Assembly (NCBI RefSeq): GCF_000143415.4
Contig: NW_003314428.1
Location: forward strand, 145,584-209,583
Direction of reading: 5' to 3'
Source of the DNA: Selaginella moellendorffii
Lineage: Eukaryota; Plantae; Lycopodiophyta
Length of the DNA stretch: 64,000 nt
This document shows, piece by piece, positions 37,001 through 47,617 of this stretch (position 1 is the first letter of the stretch; each line of letters starts with the position of its first letter). The notes under the pieces are model-generated. The model was not told the DNA's origin. It did not search any database and saw only the letters and a program-made list of their open reading frames with translations. The position numbers and the translations under genes are program-made.

Positions 37001-37283
37001 AATAGTAATGGATAGAGGAACACATTTCCTCAATGAAACAATCAAGATTTTACTAGACGAATTTTTCATCAAACATAAGAAATCTACACCATATTATCCA
37101 CAAGGTAACGGCCAAGCCGAATCCACAAACAAAACACTCAAGAATATACTGAAGAAAATAGTGCAAACCAATCTTAAAGATTGGGATAATTGAGTGTATG
37201 ATGCTCTTTGGGCTTATAGAACAGCATATAAAGTTTCAACAAATTCAACTCCATTCAAATTAGCTTATGGACTTGAAGCTTTG
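34036..37283 (+). pseudogene. pol: protease, RT, RNase H, integrase core (interrupted by stops and frameshifts)
   Basis: ILDGGSGVNII; LDGFSGYNQ, MPFGLTNAP, FMDDF; VDASDYALG, TEKEALG; WGLDFVGP, YYPQGNGQAE. Confidence 0.95.
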
Positions 37284-38741
37284 TGTAAGCTCCTGAGTTT
37301 GGACTTCCCGGGAGGTCACCCAGCCCAGTACTATTCAAACCCAAGGACGCTTAACTCCAATTATCCCAAGACCCTTAACCGATTGGAAAAGAGGGGTGCA
37401 CTCTTATTCATGGGCCCTTTCCCTCTATATTTGAACCCCTATGGATCGTCTCTCGAGTCGTTCCCTTTGGTTGCTTACAATCCACCACGCTTCCCTGCAA
37501 GTTCACGCCCTCGTGAACGGAAGCTGAGAGCCGCAGCTCTCCCGAGAGCCCCGCTCTCTTGACACCCTACCCCTCGGGTGGAGCCCAGCGGGAGCAAACT
37601 GGACCAGCCAGATGTCAATCAACATGTGGTGTGATTCCCCTAGCCACCCAACAGAGTGGGACTCAAGACCCCTCTGATACCAAATGTAAGCTCCTGGGCT
37701 GGGTGCCCTCCCGGGAAGTCCAAACTCAGGAGCTTACATTAGTCCGAGACCGACTCGGGGACCGAGTTCGAGTCCGAGTTCGAGACCGAGTTCGAGACGG
37801 AGTTCGAGATCCGAAATCGGGTTCGAGACCGAGTCCGAGGTCGAGTCCGAGGTCGGGTCCAAGATCGGGTCCGAGATCGAGTCCGAGATCGAGTCCGAAC
37901 CCGAATCCGAAGTCGGATCCGAAATCGGGTCCGAGATCGAGCCAGAGACTAAGTCCAAATACTAATACGGGTCAAGGGGTGAAAGCCCAAAGCGTGCGTC
38001 TCCCAGGGGGGGGGGGGGCTGCAGGGGGTTCCAAAAGTATAGTAGGGATAGTGAGGTCCAGGAACTAGTTTAGAAGGGACTCTCCAGTGGGGCTCCCAAA
38101 CTGACTTGAGGTTGGGACTGGGACCGAGGGGCCTTGGGTGGGAGTGAGCATGGACTTGGTTGGTGCCGGAGGGGCCATCCAAGGAAGTGCTCAAGAGCAG
38201 CTCCCACTCCCGAAAGGGAAACCGATTGCGGTGCTCCCGGCTCAAGTGGAGTGGTGCCCCACTTGAGTACCATGCGGCTCATTGGTCCTCGCCCTTCCTA
38301 GGGGCTTGGGCCTTCCTTCGGGATGGAAGTGGGGGGCGAGAGGTACCCATACCGGGCCGCTAGGCCACGGTGTTTCGCCTCGGCGTCCTGAAGCAAGTGT
38401 TGCACTCAAGACTTGGGATTTAGAGGGTCCCATGATCAAGTCTTGTGGTACCAAAGGATGTTAGGAACCTGGAAGCTTGGTGTGCTTGGCTGCTTGTGCT
38501 TGCGGGGAGTGTAGCCGAACCTTAAGTCCAATCTAACCCGGGGAGGGGGATTGGGAGTGATTTGGGAATCCGTGGATGGTGGCTAACACTCCATTGCTCG
38601 TGCAGTGAGTAGCTGAGACCAAGTAGGAGCTGGTACCATAGGCGAGAACCTTGGCAAGGGAACTTAGCAAAAGCCAAGGCGGTGTTGGACGGATAGGCGA
38701 GGTAAGCTGGCAAATTGGAAAGGAAAAATTTGTGGCTTACA
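37284..38741. mobile_element. Composite insertion in integrase: Cassandra #2 (minus) + partial LTR-B (plus)
   Basis: Cassandra LTR 37284-37479, internal region and PBS, rearranged LTR end 37685-37738, then LTR-B to ...GTGGCTTACA 38741. CTTTG flanks both ends; removal restores YGLEAL-TPLEY. Confidence 0.9.
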
Positions 38742-38746
38742 CTTTG

Positions 38747-41481
38747 ACACCACTAGAATATACTGTACCATCCTTGAGAATGGCAATTCAGCTGCAAATT
38801 AATCAAGAAGAATCAATCAAGAAAAGATTGGCTATGCTAGAAAAGTTAGATGAAGAAAGATTATATGCTTTATGGACAATTGAAGCCATACAAGCAAGGA
38901 GAAAAGCTTATCACGATAGAAAACAGACTAAAAAGAAAACTGATAGATTTGAAGTTGGAAATTTTGTTCTATGGTATAGAGGAAATGTTGACAAAATCGG
39001 AGGCAAATTGGTACATCAATGGGAAGGACCATTCAAGATCACAAGTATGCAAACACCTGGCACAGCTCATTTAGCAACACTTGATGATGAAGAAATACAA
39101 ATAGTTAATCTCAACAAATTGAGAAAATATCAAGAACCAAGTATAGCGTATATGCTAGCCAAGCACACCATGCTGGAATTGATTACCAATGAAACCGAAA
39201 CAATATACGTTGTCCACAAAACAAGTCCACAACGATTACAAACAACTATACTCAAGCAAAGACTTAGTAAAAATGCAAGAACACAATATGAACAAAACAA
39301 AACAGAGTTAGCCCTAACCCTGACGGCAAGGAAGCGCGCGCTGGAACATCACAAGGGTAAGCTTGAGTTGCAAGCAAATCTTGAGATCACAAGAGTGCTA
39401 GAGAGTGATCGTCAGCTAGGTGCTTTCACCCATCTCAAACGAGTGCATCAGATTCTAAGAAACACACCAATCGAGAGAAACAACAAGAAAGCAAGTAGGA
39501 AAGCAAGTAGAAAAGAGAGTGCCCACAAAAGAAGCAAGAAGAGTGTGTTCACGAGAATAGAAAGAGCACTCATATCTTTTCCTCTATTTGCATCACAGGA
39601 ACAAGAGCATTCTCAACAGCACCAAAGAGTCGACACAATGCGAACCAAGCAAACATCCCAGGCAGAAACCGTCATCCTTTCTCAAAATCTCGAGTGGCAA
39701 TTCAATGACGATGTCAAGAGTTGGACTCGCACTCACGGACTTTGCAACTTTGCAGAACGAATGGAAGGGTATCTCATGAATCAAGTGAGCAACGAGAAGG
39801 CTCACTTGATGGCTCTCGCCACTGGCCAGATTGGACTTAAAGATTCGGAGGTGGCAGCAGCTCTATGTCTCCCAGACGAAGGCGAGCCAGTCTCTGCTCC
39901 ACGCACATGGGCTTTAAGTCACGACATCATGAAAGATCCCGAGAGCTACAACTCGGCGCTTAGTTTGCAATTCTCCAATGTCAAGGACGAGCTCTACAAA
40001 ATATTCAAGTTCCTTGTTCTCAACCTGGAATTTCGGAAGACTGCTACGACAGTGAGCAGATCCGTGGCCTTCATTTACGAGGATCTTCAAGCTGGGAAGA
40101 AAGTGGATTTAGCAGGATATGTGATCCCGAAGTTTCGCAGGGAACTTAAGAAGGTGGCAGGAGAACTCAATGTGAAGAAATGTGTGAGGACACTGGTACT
40201 ACCGTATGTCCGAGCCATCATCACGCACAGAAGTCAAGCCATGGGGATCTACAGTCCACCACCTCTGCTTCCGCAGCACATAGCCACAAAAAGTTCAAAA
40301 CGCCATGCTGAAGAACACTTGGTGAACACCAAGAGGAAAAAGGTCCAACAAAAGACAGTAGCAACTCCACGAAGAAAGACACAGGGACAAGGCCGAAGAA
40401 ATGTTGCGCCTCCACAGATTGATAGTGACAATAGTGATGTGCAAACAATCCAGCACACGGTGCCGAGACAACAACCAACGAGAACCTCTAGATCCAAAAC
40501 AAAACGGCAGCAGAGTTCGGCACCAACACAGCCATCAACGAGGAGCTTGCAGCCTCCTAGCTCACTGCAGCCGGATTTGCCACCATCACCACCGCAGGAA
40601 CCGGCACAACCTCTGTCTCCAGGTACAACAATTCCAGTGGATGATCACATTTTGCTGATGCAGGATATTCTTGAAAATCCTGAGACAGTTACAAATCCAC
40701 CATCCGTTGAGCAGGGGCACAACACTTTTTACGAACCACCCACGGAGCAGACTGCCGAGCAACACCAGCCTCAGCAGCAGCAGCCTCCACCGTTGCAGCC
40801 CGTCAAGCAGCACCAACATTCGTTGCCACAGCCTGCTGAGCAGCCATCTTCACCACACCAGCGTGCTGAGGAGCAGCCATCTTTGCCGCAGCCAACTGAG
40901 TTACAGCAGCCAGCTGAGTCGCAACAGACATTTGCTCCAGACACCACTACCGACAACATGCAGCCTCCTCGTTCAGCAATGCAACGCCAATTTCATCATG
41001 AGCGCGTGAACAACAAGCGCCACCACTACAATTCGGAGCAGCAGGAGCATCATCATCAGGACCAGCAGCAGCCGAAAGTGATCCGTCCCATGCCTACAAA
41101 CTTCCTGGAGCAGTACCATAACTCCAACATGGCGGTGTACACACGGGACGGAATGGAGAGCTTCTTCCGCAATGTTTTTGCACGCCCACACGAGGAGAAA
41201 ATGGCGAGCATGGCTCAAGAACTCGATCAGGTAAAGGGAATCCTTCGCACTATACAGGCTCACGGACTCCCAACACCAAACACCTGCCGAGAATCTTTCG
41301 AGTTAGCGCAGTAGTACCAACTCGAGAATGCCCGCCTCACCAAAGAGAACATGGAGCTCAAGGCCCGACTACAGGTGCTCGAGACTGCCATAAAGAACTA
41401 CACCCGCGACGAGCTTGAGGATTACGAGGAAGAACCAGAGGCTAACACCACAACTGCTACTACCACCACAATGGAAGCTTG
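38747..41481 (+). CDS. Integrase C-terminus fused in frame to a long extra ORF (one TAG at 41312-41314)
   Basis: WEGPFKI...VNLNKLRKY continues without a stop for ~720 codons: globular region (VAAALCLPDEG), basic stretch, P/Q-rich linker, then a coiled coil continuing past the TAG. Confidence 0.75.
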
Positions 41482-43021
41482 AGCTGCAGGAGCCGCTCAA
41501 CTCTAGTTGTCGGAGAGTAGAGAGGTACATGCATTTTGCATCGTGATTTTCGCACAAAGGCATTTCCTGAGTCAGGAATTGAGATCAGGATTTCTCCCGG
41601 TCTAAATTCTTGACTTGGATGACTGGGCATGTAGTGGTTATATAGGCTGGTGATAGCACGCCAGACCTATCCCCTTTCTGTCTTTTTATATCCTTGGCCA
41701 TAATAACATACACTCCACTTGCTCAATATCTACTCTTCTCTTCCATGCCTATCTTACTCACTGCCTTCTGGGGATCAAGGCTGTGATATATGCATCAATC
41801 TCAGCATCAACATCTTTGCAACAGCACATGGCTAAGTATTTCTTTCCTTTTTATGTTTGGATCTAGTTTAGATTAGAGAGGATTCACAAGATCATTCTAG
41901 AGGTGATTTTGTAGTTTTCCAGAGATGGAGTCCAAGGTTGAGCCTAAAATGGAGATCGAGACCAGATCGAGACCAAGACCGAGTCTAAGTCCGAGTCTGA
42001 GTTTGAGTCCGAGCTTGAGTCCGAATAGTAATACAGATTAGGTGAAAGCCTAAAGTGGTAGTCCCCCAAGCGGGGAGTTGTAAGGGGTTCCAAAAGTATA
42101 GTAGGGAGTGTGTGGGGGTTGGACTCCAGTGATACCGGTTTGGTCAAGAAAGGCTAGTGTGACCCAGAAGGATACACCTACATGATGGGTCACGATATAA
42201 CCATTGAGGAGTCTAAGGCTAAAGTGAACATGAATGGACAAATGGGATAACTTAGTGAAGTGTTTAAGAGCTGACTTTAGCTCCCCTGGGAGATCAAATG
42301 GTCAATGCTCCTAATCTAAGTGTGGGTGGTATTACCTACTTGAATATTTAGAACCATTAGAACCTCACTCTAGCCACATGGCTAGGGCATCTAAGGGTGG
42401 AAGGTGGGGAGAGTACCTATGAAGCTCGCATAGGGCCACAATATTTTGAAATGTCGTCCCAAAGCTTTAGACTATGGAAAGAAAGAGGAGCATTCCTCTT
42501 ATTTAGTGACTAAGGATATGGTCACATGGTGAGGAAGTCTCAAAGGATAGTGGGACTTAGTGGTTGGGCTTTCAGACCTTGACCTAGTGGTGGTGTTGAT
42601 GAGCATGGTTGTGATTGAGGAGGGACTTGGTGGGGACTGAAAAAAGGACATTGGGGAAGGGTGTTAATTATGTCTTTGAGCATCCTAAGGATGCTAAGGT
42701 GTGGTCATGGGATGACCCAGTCTTTGGGACATGGGACTATGGTATAGGTGGTCTTGGATTACCAATGAGACAAAGGAAAATAGACATCGCCTTAGTGTAA
42801 CGGGCTAATATATTAGTAGTATCTTTGGGTGTCTTTCATGAGATTAGACACGTGAAGCACTTGGACCAAGTACAAAGGCTGAGTGACACAAAGGCCATTC
42901 ACAATACTAGCAAGTCCCTAAGTTAGAAATAAGAGTTATAAAGGTTGTGAGTGAGATTCTTCCAAGTGGTTAAAGGTGTGATTTAGTGACTAAAGTAGAA
43001 TGGAAAATTTAGTCACTTACA

Positions 43022-44530
43022 ACCATCTCTTTTGAAGTCAGCACCTTTAACTAGGGTCTTTATTCCTTCTATTTGCCAATCCCACTTAGCAAGTCACCTA
43101 GCCAACATAACATGGTCCCATATAGAAGCATGAAAGTCCTCAAATATCAATTTTTATTCAAAGCCATTTCTTTGAATATGCTGGAACCATTTCCCTAATC
43201 TTGATAGCCTCAAGCTTTAAGACCTCACCTATATTGTGCTACTTGAATTTTGGGCATTTCTATGAATCATTTGCACTTATCTCTCTAACTACCATCTTAC
43301 CCAAAATTATTTTCAGAATATTAAAGGGATTCTGTCCTTTAGCTTGCTAAGGCTTTTCCTTTCACAAGCTTTCTATTTGCCATTTTGTCTAATATGGACA
43401 ATTCTATATTTTAGACTCTTCATCACGCCATTATTGCAAGTAGTAAAACCATTGAGCACTTATTTAGTTCTTTACTCCCAACTTGAATTACCACCCTGGG
43501 TTAGGTCTTTGATTTCTACCCCTTTATTACTTGCTTTTGGCTTCATATATTCTGTTCGCTTATGCTCTTTTATGCTAAGAGGGTAGCTTTGCACTTCTTA
43601 CCATGCCTTAACAAGTATTCTTAAGGATGAATTTACTCAATGACCTAGGGAGCGGTTCCTCAATCTAGATATGGTCACCTTATAATTTTATATACCAAGA
43701 TTAGCATTTACTACTCATAGATCCTTATATACTTGTTGCTAGTCATACCAAAATCCTTTTGGCCTTAGTCTATTTTGGATAAATAGATCTCTTTTATCTT
43801 TAGCTCTCAACATCTTGGACATTAGATATCACCTCCTATTCATTATTCTCTAGGGGTTTAGTCCCTTAGGCCTTATCTAATACCTTCATAATATAGAACA
43901 CCACTTTTTTTGTGTTTTAATGTGCTTATATGTTTTAGTGATGGACTTCCTAGACAATAAGCATTTCCTACTATGATACTAACTTGCTATATTGCAACAT
44001 AAGCACATTATCACTTAAGGGATGTATCTAACCTCTTTAAGAAGTTGTAAGAATTTAGCTCCCACTATTTCAACCAATTACTCCAAACCTTTTCTTAGTT
44101 TCTTCATAATTATTATATGTTACAACTCATTGGTGGTGCTTCCACACCTTCATTAATATTTATTAAGCACATGAATCCCATTAGGCTATGCCAATCCTGT
44201 TTCTATTGGGGTTCCTTTGGCAAGAGGTCCTCTTAACTAGCCAACTTGATATTAAGGCATCTTCCCTTGAGATACTTAGTGTTTCCATACTATATAAGTC
44301 TATCTTCATGATATATTTCATTTGTGTCTATGCTTTTTGCTAAGAATATATTTGTCATTCCATATGTCAACTATTGGTTAGCACTTCACCATCGTATTCA
44401 TACATAACCCTTTGCAAAAGTTATTTTCTTTTATAAACACTTTTTTATGACTTTAGTATCATGCCTTCCACCATCAATGAGATACTCACTGTTCTCATGC
44501 ATCAATCTCATGATCTTTTTAGTGCTTCAC
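43022..44530 (-). mobile_element. Degenerate LARD internal region
   Basis: Colinear with ~47840-49370. Confidence 0.75.
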
Positions 44531-44940
44531 TACTTGCATAACCAACATATCTTAAAATAGGAACTCTCAATTACATAATATGAACATGAGCAATGAAATT
44601 ACACCTTATTGCAAGTTATTTCTTGAAGAAGAGAAAATGATTCATGTGTTTAATCCTTAGTCCCTGAAAACTCTCTTTTAGTCTCAACTTTTAAACCTCA
44701 ATTTTTCATTCACATTTCCTTCAATCCAATCTAAGTAAAGTTTACAAAAAAGTATAGCAATGACTATTTGAACTAATAGACTAATCCCTACAATCTTAAT
44801 TGATCACTCATAATCATGCCTAGGAGCAAAGGAACGAGAGCACAGAGCAACTCCCAAGCATACAATCTAGGAGTGAAAGAACTAAAGTAGGGAGCAATAT
44901 AAGAAGAGTTGTAGAGCATCTAGCATCCCACACTAAGACT

Positions 44941-45160
44941 AACACACAAGATAGAGCCAAATAAAATCTAGCACTAAACCATTTTGTTAATATATCCCCA
45001 TATATCCCCCACTAGCAAATGTCCATTGATACTACACTTAGGTGTCCAATAACACACAAAACAGAGCCAAATAAAATCTAGCACTAAACCATTTTGTTAA
45101 TATATCCCCATATATCCCCCACTAGCAAATGTCCATTGATACTACACCTAGGTGTCCAAC
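44941..45160. repeat. 110-bp tandem duplication
   Basis: AACACACAA...AGAGCCAAATAAAATCTAGCACTAAACC...AGGTGTCCAA twice. Confidence 0.9.
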
Positions 45161-45454
45161 AAGAATTCCCTCATGACATTCCTAAAACACCTGCTTGCAA
45201 AATTTTCTTTTGTTGCTCAGTAATATCTGATGGCCCCTCCAAAGGAAATCATCTCAAAAGGAGAAATTTGGGTGAGAGAAGCTAGTAGACATCCTGAAGC
45301 TGTCCCTGTATTCATATTCCCCTCTAATCTATTGTATATACTCACTCTCCTGTGCAGATATCAAGATGAAAGAGATATCACTGGTTTTCAAACCTCCGTG
45401 ACAGTGCATCCGGCAGATTGTTGGTGCTGCCAGGCTTTAACTCGATAGTAAAGT

Positions 45455-46070
45455 CTAGAGTTTGTAGTTGTTCAACCCATAGCATTGTTTCTTGTTGAGA
45501 TGAGCCTGATCAAGAATAAACTTGATGCTGAAATGGTTGGTACATAGGATAAATCTCAAAAGAGTGAGATAATGGCACCACTTGCCAACTGCATGCATCA
45601 CAGCAAGCATCTCTTGCTCATAAAGTGGTTGTCTTGATTCCACCTCTAAGTCTCTAGCTTTTGGAGGCCACCAGGTTCTCTCTCTACTTCAAGATAGTAC
45701 TCATACCAGCATTAGATGCGTCGGTCTTAATAAAATTTTGTAAAAAATCTGGTAAACACAGTAGTGGTGGTGTCTCTATCTTGTGCTTGAGCCACTTATA
45801 AGCAAAATGAGTGTTCTCATTCCCTAAAATCTTGGAAGTATGCAGAGCATAGTGATGGATGTATAATTCTCAATGAACTTATGTAGATAATTGCAGAGAC
45901 CCAAGAATGATTGAAGTTACTTCAGAGATTGAGGTTTTGCTATCAGCCCGAACATATCCTCCTCCGATAACAAATCTAAGGTATTCAATCTCTGACATAC
46001 CAATGGAACACTTGGATAGCTTGATAACTAGCAAGAACTCATCTAGAACTTGAAGCACCTGATGATAAAC
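45455..46070 (-). pseudogene. Ty3/gypsy RT-RNase H remnant
   Basis: KLSKCSIGMSEIEYL; TDASNAG; YEQEMLAVMHAVGKWCHYL. Confidence 0.8.
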
Positions 46071-47617
46071 CTGAAAAGGAATCATGCAAAAAGGCAGTTC
46101 ATCATTGCTTGGAATGTTGCCAAGCGTTGGTGAGGCCAAAAGGAGCCCAGGTACATTTTGAGCTCACAATCTCACAAGCTAAGCTCACAACTTCTTAAAC
46201 ATTAAAAAACTTTAGTTCGTCCTAAACCAACATTTCTTCATTTAATCTACATTTTCAAGTAAATTTGACTAATAAAGGATAAATATAAATTTAGATTGAA
46301 ACACTAAAAACAATCTAAAAACACTTTTGAAGCTCCACAATTGTAAGGCTTGCGTGGTGGATGTGATGGTCCCTTTCAAAATGGAAAACCTATATTGTAC
46401 GATCTTCCTATTTCTAGCTGGTCATGTATGTTAGTCTAATGTTGATATCAGTGGCATTTAGCTCTTTTTCTCAATTTGACTTCACGGCTGGCATCTAGGG
46501 TGTGGTGAGAAGCACTCCTAGTAGCAGCGCTTCATTCAGATATGGGATCCAAGAGATCTGGATGACCCTAGCTCACGCTCTGGAATTAGGGTTCTTGGGC
46601 AGAAGCTAGGGTTAGGGTTCCTGGTGGCTAGGGTTCTGGCTGGTGGCTAGGGTTAGGGTTTGCCCTGTTCTAGGGCTAGGGTTCCTTGGCAGCTAGGACT
46701 TCTAGGGCTGGTAGTGGCAAGTCACTGCAGTGCTAGGAGGCTCATAAGGCATCTCGACGGTGGACGGATAGTTGCAAAAGCTCTAGAAATGGAGTTCTTT
46801 GCCAAGATCTATGCGATCTTGCTTGCCTTGACGCATGATAGAGACGGTAGCAGTCAAGGACTAAAGGAGCTGGATGCTACTTTAGCGGTGACTTGGAGCA
46901 GCTAGGACTTGAAGAAGTTCCCAGCTTTCTGGATTCTCTATGGACGACGATGCATGGTGTCCTGCTTCGAGATGATCGGGAAGGGAGGATTTTTGGAACC
47001 AGTGGCAGGGATTGCTGCCACAAGTGGGGCCAGTGGCGATGTGGTGTGATACATGTAGGGGATCCATATATCTCTTCTCCAGTGCCTGCTTTGGAATTCG
47101 CTCCCTTTGGAGGAGGTTCGTGCCCTTTCCTCATTCCCTACTGCAGGGCTAAGACTCAGTTGAAGATGAGCTAGCGCACTTATCTCGTATGGGAGGCAAG
47201 GTAGCACACTCCAGCCTTGATCTGGAGGATGTTCACACCTTGCTTGGAGCTACAAGTTGGAGCTATGTCATGACTGGACACTATTTTGGGCTCGGAAGCA
47301 TGTTGGTAGTGGAGTGCTCTAGGCAAGTCTCATAGGGCATGGAGCATAGTAGGTGGCTTCAAGTTCTGCGGAGTCACCTGGGATGTGGACGGCCAAAGAG
47401 TAGTGCCGGGCGTTCGTGCTCGTGGAGTGAAGCAGGTGGCCTTAAGTTTCGTGGTGGAGGCACTTGGGAGGCGGATGACCCAAGAGCAACACTGGGTGTT
47501 TGTGCTCATGATTTTGCTGGTTTCATTAGTTACCTTGAGAGTGCACTCTCAAATTTTGTATTACCTCCTAAGGGGATGTGGAGAAATGTATCTATATGTT
47601 GCATCGAACCCAAGCAC

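Larger units (their letters stand above)
30712..41921 (+). mobile_element. Full-length non-chromovirus Ty3/gypsy LTR retrotransposon (Selgy/Phygy- or Athila-like)
   Basis: 404-bp LTRs 30712-31115 and 41518-41921 (~7 mismatches by eye); TSD GAGAT; PBS TGGCGACCACGGTGGGA (tRNA-Arg-like); order gag-PR-RT-RH-IN; no chromodomain and no second RNase H. Confidence 0.93.
30527..43021 (+). mobile_element. LTR-A copy split by the nested Ty3/gypsy element
   Basis: 30527-30711 plus 41922-43021 rebuild one LTR-A, ending TTAGTCACTTACA. Confidence 0.8.

Noticed and set aside
38651-38741. N-terminus of the 887-aa ORF
   Set aside because: The first ~30 codons come from the inserted LTR-B; the real frame is the interrupted integrase.
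46055-46085. Hammerhead ribozyme core (CTGATGA...GAAA), also near 25646
   Set aside because: No stem II or stem I/III pairing can be formed; no retrozyme evidence seen by eye.
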